IMG/VR virus record: IMGVR_UViG_3300032322_001781
DNA: 64,000 bases
Strand: one strand, 5' to 3'
From: a virus
Taxonomy: Duplodnaviria > Heunggongvirae > Uroviricota > Caudoviricetes
Shown here: positions 57,824-64,000 of the stretch, piece after piece
How the letters are laid out: every line of letters starts with the position of its first letter
How positions within the stretch are numbered: the stretch's first letter is position 1
Translations under genes and position numbers: made by a program
Notes under the pieces: generated by a model
The model's input: only the letters and a program-made list of their open reading frames with translations
Databases searched by the model: none
What the model was told of the DNA's origin: nothing

Positions 57824-58330
57824 ATGGAAATTAACCTAAACAAAAATTCGATTACAGCTAAGCTGTATCGCTGGTTCTACAATGTGGATACTTTACCACA
57901 AAACCTATGTCCCTACTTTTGGAAAGTAGTAATAATGTATTTACTATTACCATTTTTAGGTATCCCTGCCTTAATAGGTCAACTATTTGAAAAAGATTGT
58001 GATGCTTTTACTAAATCAATTCTTACAATTGCAGTGACAGTTTTTTTTACAGCTGGTTTAATAGGAATTGGTTCATTAATAGTAAGTCCAATAGTAGTGT
58101 TTAATTGGGTAGTACTAAACATAAAACCTAATCAAATGTATGAAAATATGATGGTAGGGGGTTTAACTGGATGGTTTTCCTTGTTTATATATGGATTTTG
58201 GGTTGGAGGCGTAGAATTATATAAATATCTGACCAATAAAAAAACAAATACCCCTAAAGAATCTAACATTATTTTAGCTTTTGTTAAGGCTAAATACCAT
58301 AAATATTGCTTACCAATTAACTGGAACTAA
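57824..58330 (+). CDS. hypothetical membrane protein, paralog A
   Basis: Closely similar to ORF 60286..60780 (MEINLNKNS.T..LY.WFYNVD.LPQNLCPYFWKVVIMY.LLPFLGIP). Confidence 0.55.
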   Translation: MEINLNKNSITAKLYRWFYNVDTLPQNLCPYFWKVVIMYLLLPFLGIPALIGQLFEKDCDAFTKSILTIAVTVFFTAGLIGIGSLIVSPIVVFNWVVLNIKPNQMYENMMVGGLTGWFSLFIYGFWVGGVELYKYLTNKKTNTPKESNIILAFVKAKYHKYCLPINWN

Positions 58331-58332
58331 TC

Positions 58333-58413
58333 ATGAAACCAATAGCTATGCGCTGCTCAAAAGAGCAATTTGAAGAAATTAAACCTATTTTAGAGAAAAA
58401 TAGAAGAAATTAA
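58333..58413 (+). pseudogene. truncated copy of gene 60783..61757 (26 codons then stop)
   Basis: MKPIAMRCSKEQFEEIKPILEKNRRN* vs full-length MKPIAMRCNEQQFEEIKPILEKNGLSVKYL... Confidence 0.6.
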
Positions 58414-58437
58414 AGAGTACGAAAATTTTATATAAAC

Positions 58438-58686
58438 ATGGAAAAACAAACTACCGAATACTTAATGAGTGTCCATTATAAAATTAGAGAACTTTTTGAA
58501 AGCGGAGACAGGACAGGCTTGGAAAACTACTTGAAATCTTTTTGTACAGAAGAAGCTACCGCTGGCGAGTTAAGAATAGCACTTGTGATTTGCAAGGACA
58601 TAAAAAAAATTTCTGATTTCATTCCAGAAGATACTTTTGAAGAAATGAAAAGATTACTATTTAGCAAAACCAATAGCAAATATTAA
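58438..58686 (+). CDS. hypothetical protein
   Basis: ORF. Confidence 0.4.
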   Translation: MEKQTTEYLMSVHYKIRELFESGDRTGLENYLKSFCTEEATAGELRIALVICKDIKKISDFIPEDTFEEMKRLLFSKTNSKY

Positions 58687-58687
58687 A

Positions 58688-59050
58688 ATGATTGATTTAG
58701 AAAAATTAGAAACGGAATCAAATAAAGTTTTAGAAAACGAAACCAAAGAATCATTAACCAAATTTATCATGGAGAAAAGAAAAAAGCAATTTCAGCCTTA
58801 TGAACAATTTGAGGTTGAACATGTAGCCTTCAAAGGAACGGGCGAAGGAACATTTAACTACGAATTTTCGTTTAACAAAAAGTTGAACAGTGAAGGTTAT
58901 TTTAAAGCTATCGAAAAAGCTTTGAAAAACCAAGACTACGTTTACTATTTGCACGATAAAGCAAAATGGAACAGGGAAAACAACCCGACACAAAAAGAAA
59001 AATTAGTTAAGTGGTGGAATAACTTAATCGGTAAATTTTTAATTAAGTAA
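58688..59050 (+). CDS. hypothetical protein
   Basis: ORF; shares 30-nt ENETKESLT-encoding block with 59491 ORF. Confidence 0.4.
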   Translation: MIDLEKLETESNKVLENETKESLTKFIMEKRKKQFQPYEQFEVEHVAFKGTGEGTFNYEFSFNKKLNSEGYFKAIEKALKNQDYVYYLHDKAKWNRENNPTQKEKLVKWWNNLIGKFLIK

Positions 59051-59052
59051 TT

Positions 59053-59331
59053 ATGGAAGATTTGAATAACTCTAAAGACCTCAAAGTAATCGCCAAAGGA
59101 ATTGATGAAATTCTTGCCAAGGAAACGCCTGAATCTTTTCAAAAAGGGTTTGAAAATGATTTTGAGGGCGAATTAACAGGATTTGAAATGCTTGAACTTG
59201 GCAAACGTGCAAGTGATAAGGCCGACCTGTTTATGATGGCAACTTATCAAATAAGAGAATCAATGAAACTGCACGAAATGAATAGGGAAATAGGCCCTAT
59301 TCTGTATGTAATTAATAAATTCAACCTGTAA
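59053..59331 (+). CDS. hypothetical protein
   Basis: ORF. Confidence 0.4.
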   Translation: MEDLNNSKDLKVIAKGIDEILAKETPESFQKGFENDFEGELTGFEMLELGKRASDKADLFMMATYQIRESMKLHEMNREIGPILYVINKFNL

Positions 59332-59490
59332 AATGGACGAAATAACCAAACGAGAATTAAAAGGCGCAATAATTATGCTATTAGGCGTTTTGGCTGTTGT
59401 AATATCGGAACATTGGGCGGCTAATACATTTGGGTTAATTATGGCCTTTATATCGCTAAGCTATTTTTCACATTTATTTAAGTAAAACGC

Positions 59491-59841
59491 TTGGACAAAG
59501 CACTTGAAAACGAAACCAAAGAATCATTAACTAATTGGATAAACAATAAACGAATGGAAAACAAAATATTTAAAATAGTAAACAAGCCGTTTAAATTAAG
59601 CTACTTATTTAAGCCAGTTTTTTGGAGGCTAATTAGGTACGCAATAAAAGTTAAGTGGACAAAGCTTTTTGTTATTATATCCCATGACAGGGATAACAGC
59701 TTAATGACCATAGGGCTTGAATACCCTCTTTCTGTTTTACTTGAAAAGGGATACACCCCATCTTACGGAGGTTATGTTCTATGGGAACCTATAATGATTT
59801 ATTTTCTTAAAAACAACAACACCAATGACAAAATTTTATAA
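59491..59841 (+). CDS. hypothetical protein
   Basis: ORF. Confidence 0.4.
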   Translation: MDKALENETKESLTNWINNKRMENKIFKIVNKPFKLSYLFKPVFWRLIRYAIKVKWTKLFVIISHDRDNSLMTIGLEYPLSVLLEKGYTPSYGGYVLWEPIMIYFLKNNNTNDKIL

Positions 59842-60058
59842 CATTCTTTTTGTATATTTTACCGTAAGCTATGTGCTTGGCATACTTTACATGATTTGGA
59901 AAACGTGTATTTTAGATGGACAATATTACAAAGACCCCTATCTTAGAAGGGATTGGTATTTTTTTATTTTTACGGGATACATTACAGCAGCCCTTTTAAT
60001 TATAGTAGCATTGGTGGAACTTCTTATTCACGACATTAAAAAAATAAAATGGAAATAA
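59825..60058 (+). CDS. hypothetical small membrane protein
   Basis: two TM helices. Confidence 0.4.
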   Translation: MTKFYNILFVYFTVSYVLGILYMIWKTCILDGQYYKDPYLRRDWYFFIFTGYITAALLIIVALVELLIHDIKKIKWK

Positions 60059-60234
60059 CATTAACTGAAATGCTCAAAGACTACTTTGCCAAAACACCAC
60101 TTGCACAAGTGAAAAAAGACTGGGAAAAATCACAAGAATATGACAAAGTTGGGCCAACCTTTGATGAATATATGAAATTCTTGGAGGAAAAGAAAGAACA
60201 TGGCAAAGGTGGTACTGAGAAAAAAGAAAAATAA
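60049..60234 (+). CDS. hypothetical small protein
   Basis: ORF. Confidence 0.35.
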   Translation: MEITLTEMLKDYFAKTPLAQVKKDWEKSQEYDKVGPTFDEYMKFLEEKKEHGKGGTEKKEK

Positions 60235-60266
60235 TTTGCTAGTCTGAATTATTTTTCATACCTTTG
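60235..60266 (+). promoter_or_regulatory. Bacteroidetes-type promoter (duplicated copy B)
   Basis: TTTG-N20-TACCTTTG. Confidence 0.55.
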
Positions 60267-60285
60267 TATAAATAAATAACTAATC

Positions 60286-60780
60286 ATGGAAATTAACCTA
60301 AACAAAAATTCCTTTACACCTAGACTATATAAATGGTTCTACAATGTAGATTATTTACCACAAAACCTATGCCCATATTTCTGGAAAGTAGTAATAATGT
60401 ATATATTATTACCATTTTTAGGTATTCCAATTTTAATAGGACAACTAGCTGAAAAAGATTCAAATGCTTTTGTGAAAACAGGTGTTGGAATCATTTTAAT
60501 CGTTCTTTCTATATTCTTAATATCTACAATAATATCTCCAATAGTATTATTTAATTACTTAGTTTTACATGTTAAACCTAATGAAATGTATGGGAAAATA
60601 ATGGAGTTAGGTTTAACTATATGGTTTCCTTTAATTGTATTTGGAATATGGACAGCATGTGAAAAATCATATGAATATATAACTAATAGAAAAAAACCTA
60701 TCCCTGAAGAATCTAATGTAGTAGTCGCTTTTGTTAAAGCTAAATTTCACCAAATTTGTCCATCAATAAATTGGAAGTAA
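60286..60780 (+). CDS. hypothetical membrane protein, paralog B
   Basis: Paralog of 57824..58330. Confidence 0.55.
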   Translation: MEINLNKNSFTPRLYKWFYNVDYLPQNLCPYFWKVVIMYILLPFLGIPILIGQLAEKDSNAFVKTGVGIILIVLSIFLISTIISPIVLFNYLVLHVKPNEMYGKIMELGLTIWFPLIVFGIWTACEKSYEYITNRKKPIPEESNVVVAFVKAKFHQICPSINWK

Positions 60781-60782
60781 AT

Positions 60783-61757
60783 ATGAAACCAATAGCTATG
60801 CGCTGTAATGAACAGCAATTTGAAGAAATTAAACCTATTTTAGAAAAGAATGGTTTATCAGTAAAATATTTAGATAATTTTAAAATTTGTCCATATTTAG
60901 TAAATAATATATCAGGTTATAGAGCTATTTCAAATGTTGTTCCATCTAATAAAACTAGTCATAAAAGAGAAATATTTGAAGAATGGGATATGAATACATT
61001 CCTAGAATATTGTGATATTAAACCTGAATTGCCTAAGTCGTTTGCCATTAAACACAAACCATGCAGATTGTGGTTTGAGTATATCAATTGGTTAAATTGT
61101 AAATATGAGTCAAATTATGCTGGAAATGCTAGGAATACACTTTATGGTGTCAATAGTTATGGTAAAGCTGACTATTTTAATAGAATAGAAGGTTTTGCTA
61201 GAGATGCAGTAGAACTAACCCTAGAACAATGGGATAAAATTGTAAACAATCAAACTAAACAACCAATGAATAAAACAGTTAAAGGAATAGATGTATTAAG
61301 AATACATGCTATCGTGTGTACAGAATGGAAAAACAAAATAGTTAACGACTATTTGCATAGAATTACTGTATCTGGTGAAATCACATTTACTCAAGAAGAA
61401 ATCAATGAAGGTTTTAAAGCTGCTAAAACAGCAAGCAATTCTAGTGAAGTAATAACCCTGCTTGAAGAAGTATTTGGTAAACAAGTAAAATCTATTGATT
61501 ATGATAAAATCAAAACTGGTTCTAAGGTAATGTTAAAATACACTGGTGATATTTGTGGTGAGCATTGGAATAATTGTATTATAACTGAACCATTTACTGT
61601 GGTATTTTATAAAACTGAGCATTATATAAATAACTCAAATACATTCTATAAACAAGGTACTTGTAGAAGTTATTGTACTTTTCATCAAGGTGGTAAATTT
61701 GTATTATTTGCTGCTAACTCGAATGTGGATTATATTGTAGAAGTTTTAGAATATTAA
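60783..61757 (+). CDS. hypothetical protein (start at Met 60783)
   Basis: Track ORF start 60756 overlaps upstream gene; MKPIAMRC start matches truncated copy at 58333. Confidence 0.5.
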   Translation: MKPIAMRCNEQQFEEIKPILEKNGLSVKYLDNFKICPYLVNNISGYRAISNVVPSNKTSHKREIFEEWDMNTFLEYCDIKPELPKSFAIKHKPCRLWFEYINWLNCKYESNYAGNARNTLYGVNSYGKADYFNRIEGFARDAVELTLEQWDKIVNNQTKQPMNKTVKGIDVLRIHAIVCTEWKNKIVNDYLHRITVSGEITFTQEEINEGFKAAKTASNSSEVITLLEEVFGKQVKSIDYDKIKTGSKVMLKYTGDICGEHWNNCIITEPFTVVFYKTEHYINNSNTFYKQGTCRSYCTFHQGGKFVLFAANSNVDYIVEVLEY

Positions 61758-61801
61758 AACCCCATCAAAAACGATATCATTAGAAAAAAAAATAAAATAA
61801 A

Positions 61802-61833
61802 TTTGGTATATTCAAAATTATTTCATACCTTTG
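61802..61833 (+). promoter_or_regulatory. Bacteroidetes-type promoter
   Basis: TTTGG-N20-TACCTTTG. Confidence 0.6.
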
Positions 61834-61857
61834 TCAAACATTAAAATAAAAACAAAA

Positions 61858-63015
61858 ATGAAAGAAAAACTAGAACAACATGAAATCGACTTAATGTCAG
61901 TTGTTAGTAATAAATGGATAAAATTAGCATTCGACAAATGCTCGGATGGTATTAATAAACCAGCCTTCGAAGAAGGTATTGCTTGGCTGTATAAAAGATT
62001 CCTAGACTTGGGCGCACCCCAAGTAGTTTATTGCGAGTCAATGCTGGATGCTGTAATTAAAATCACTCTTGTAAAAGATTATGGTAAAGAATTGTCAGAT
62101 TTCTCACCAAAAATCATGGATGACTTTCACAATGGTGAATTAGATGCTGATTTTGTCGCTAAAATAAAAGAAAACTATTCCCTAAAATCAACTTATATCG
62201 GTTGGTCTAACTATGGTTGGGTTAGTTTCTACGATTTCTTCACTCAAATTAACGTTCTCAATCACGAAGACTTCAACAACTATCAAAAGCTGATTGAATC
62301 AAATGTATTTGAATGTTTTGAATTTGAAAATGTGGTTTTCGCTGTTCAACCACCAAGCAAAGTCATTTACAATGAAGCATTGCTTCCACATAACCTAGAA
62401 GGCCCTTCTATCATCTTCAACGATGGTTCAGATTTCTACCATGTTAATGGGTTTTCAATATCTCATGAATTATTTGAAAAATTGAAAACCAATACCTACA
62501 CATTTCAAGACTTCATTAGTGAAGAAAATGAAGAAATAAAATCAGCCATTATTTCGTATTTGGAACTTAAAAACGGTCCAATCGGTGTATATGATTTTAT
62601 CAAAGATAATCTTAAAGAAGTGGATTCTTTCGTAGATAAAAAAGAAGACCGTTTTATGGAAGGTACTACCAAAAGCATGAATATAGGTGTGTATACCCTA
62701 TTCAAAGGGAATATCAATAACATTGATATAGCTTATGTTAGATGCTACTGCCCATCCACTGATAGAATGTTCTTCTTAGGCGTGGACCCAGAAAACACCA
62801 ACGCTAAAGATGCTATCGCCTCTCTATTTAGAGTACCAACTGTTTTGAAAAACAAAATCAAAACCATCTCAAGACAAGGTGAAAAATTTTCGATAGAATT
62901 TGATGAGGAAACTATCGCAAAATTACAAAACAATCAATTTTCACAAGAAGAATTAAATACTTATACAACAGTATCAGGTGATGAATACTTCTCCCTTATG
63001 AAATATGAATTTTAA
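61858..63015 (+). CDS. hypothetical protein (first ATG after promoter)
   Basis: Track start 61831 has no ATG and lies in promoter. Confidence 0.5.
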   Translation: MKEKLEQHEIDLMSVVSNKWIKLAFDKCSDGINKPAFEEGIAWLYKRFLDLGAPQVVYCESMLDAVIKITLVKDYGKELSDFSPKIMDDFHNGELDADFVAKIKENYSLKSTYIGWSNYGWVSFYDFFTQINVLNHEDFNNYQKLIESNVFECFEFENVVFAVQPPSKVIYNEALLPHNLEGPSIIFNDGSDFYHVNGFSISHELFEKLKTNTYTFQDFISEENEEIKSAIISYLELKNGPIGVYDFIKDNLKEVDSFVDKKEDRFMEGTTKSMNIGVYTLFKGNINNIDIAYVRCYCPSTDRMFFLGVDPENTNAKDAIASLFRVPTVLKNKIKTISRQGEKFSIEFDEETIAKLQNNQFSQEELNTYTTVSGDEYFSLMKYEF

Positions 63016-63056
63016 AAATTTCTATAACAATAACAATATCCTAAACTAAAACAAAA

Positions 63057-63293
63057 ATGGAACAAATGGAAAAAATGGTTAATGTTGCACCAACAAGCAC
63101 AAGCGGTCACTTTATTAAAGGGGCAAAAAATGTAGTTAACATCGACAATATCAACGATACGTATTTCGTTGATGGTGAAAGTGAATTGGTTACTCAAAAC
63201 CATACTACACTTAAACAAGATAATTCTTGCTTAATCACCACTCAAATGGTTTTTAACCCATTTTCAAAAATGTTTGAAAAAAGTCTCGACTAA
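63057..63293 (+). CDS. hypothetical protein
   Basis: ORF. Confidence 0.4.
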   Translation: MEQMEKMVNVAPTSTSGHFIKGAKNVVNIDNINDTYFVDGESELVTQNHTTLKQDNSCLITTQMVFNPFSKMFEKSLD

Positions 63294-63316
63294 ACAAACA
63301 TGTCTTGTTAATAAAC

Positions 63317-63352
63317 AAAAAGAGCATATTTTATACATATGCTCTTTTTTAT
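63317..63352 (+). terminator. rho-independent terminator
   Basis: agagcatat-tttatac-atatgctct + T6. Confidence 0.75.
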
Positions 63353-63362
63353 TTTAATCTAT

Positions 63363-63578
63363 ATGGAACTAGGTAATTCAGTATATAATTCAGTATGGAA
63401 TTCAGTAAGTGTTTCAGTATATAATTCAGTATGGAATTCAGTATATGATTCAGTAGAGAATTCAGTACGGAGTTCAGTATTGAATTCAGTAAGTGATTCA
63501 GTAAGTAATTCAGTATGGCTTTCAGTAAGGGATTCAGTAACCAGACAAATTCAAAATATAAAACATGAAACTAGGTAA
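63363..63578 (+). CDS. small ORF 1 of tandem array: (N/D)SVx tetrapeptide-repeat protein
   Basis: MELGNSVYNSVWNSV...; stop overlaps next ATG. Confidence 0.4.
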   Translation: MELGNSVYNSVWNSVSVSVYNSVWNSVYDSVENSVRSSVLNSVSDSVSNSVWLSVRDSVTRQIQNIKHETR

Positions 63579-63744
63579 ATCAATAAGTAATTCAGTAAGG
63601 AATTCAGTAAGGATTCCAGTAAATGATTCAGTAACTAATTCAGTATGGGGTTCAGTAAGGGATTCAGTATGGGATTCAGTAAGGGATTCAGTATGGAATT
63701 CTGTCATTCGACCAACTAGAAATATAAAAAATGAATATAGGTAA
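63565..63744 (+). CDS. small ORF 2 of tandem array (59 aa, not in track)
   Basis: MKLGKSISNSVRNSV...TRNIKNEYR*; overlaps ORF1 end and ORF3 start. Confidence 0.4.
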   Translation: MKLGKSISNSVRNSVRIPVNDSVTNSVWGSVRDSVWDSVRDSVWNSVIRPTRNIKNEYR

Positions 63745-63901
63745 TTCAGTTAAAAGCAAAGTAACTAATTCAGTATTGAATTCAGTAAATGATTCAGTAA
63801 GTAATTCAGTATGGAATTCAGTAAGTAATTCAGTATATTATTCAGTAAATGATTCAGTAACTAATTCAATAACCAGACCAACCAGAAATATAATAAAATG
63901 A
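63731..63901 (+). CDS. small ORF 3 of tandem array (56 aa)
   Basis: MNIGNSVKSKVTNSVLNSV...; stop TGA overlaps next start in ATGA. Confidence 0.4.
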   Translation: MNIGNSVKSKVTNSVLNSVNDSVSNSVWNSVSNSVYYSVNDSVTNSITRPTRNIIK

Positions 63902-64000
63902 ATATAGGTAAACCAATATGTAATTCAGTAAGGAATTCAGTAAGTAATTCAGTATATGATTCAGTAAGGGATTCAGTATTGGATTCAGTATGGGATTCAG
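63898..64000 (+). CDS. small ORF 4 of tandem array (partial, runs off window)
   Basis: MNIGKPICNSVRNSVSNSV... Confidence 0.35.
   Translation, partial: MNIGKPICNSVRNSVSNSVYDSVRDSVLDSVWDS

Larger units (their letters stand above)
63363..64000 (+). repeat. tandem array of ~170-nt units, each made of 12-nt repeats (NNATTCAGTANN-like, invariant TTCAGTA core) and a conserved junction AGAAATATAAAAAATGAAYWTAGGTAA; extends beyond window
   Basis: About 45 consecutive 12-nt repeats in 4 blocks separated by conserved ~40-nt junctions. Confidence 0.9.

Noticed and set aside
63339-64000. CRISPR array hypothesis for the 12-nt repeat region
   Set aside because: Repeats are contiguous with no unique spacers, period is 12 nt, and no cas genes are present; it is a tandem micro-repeat or coding repeat, not CRISPR

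Overview
AT-rich, densely packed window that looks like a large bacteriophage, with nearly every gene on the + strand and many small ORFs. About 20 copies of a Bacteroidetes-type promoter (TTTGG-N19/20-TACCTTTG, i.e. -33 TTTG / -7 TAnnTTTG) point to a Flavobacteriia/Bacteroidetes host. A tyrosine integrase with a repeat-dense noncoding arm suggests a temperate or integrated element.

Recognisable content:
- A 5' tRNA cluster (Tyr, Thr, Gly x2, Lys, one type II) plus several tRNA-like elements.
- tRNA-maintenance genes: MnmA, a 2H phosphoesterase, a Thg1-like enzyme, a Trbp111-like tRNA-binding protein, and a Nudix hydrolase directly downstream of the tRNA-binding protein.
- An NAD+ regeneration and ADP-ribose-processing island: NadM-like NMNAT/Nudix, NAMPT, NADAR, macrodomain and PRPP synthetase.
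- Translation and RNA-surveillance factors: IF3, SmpB, RNase R and a sigma-70 family sigma factor.
- Also T4 endonuclease V (DenV), a small alarmone hydrolase, a DUF262 nuclease-like protein, a SET-domain protein and several metallophosphoesterases and HAD hydrolases.

Features that the gene calls do not explain:
- Two promoter-driven ORF-free structured regions of about 260 nt and 900 nt that share the same +1 box.
- A MITE-like palindromic element family with TATAAC termini.
- A hairpin family with conserved loop TCGTTTTAATG and covarying stems.
- A segmental duplication with a truncated gene copy.
- At the 3' end, a tandem array of overlapping small ORFs built from a 12-nt repeat with an invariant TTCAGTA core.
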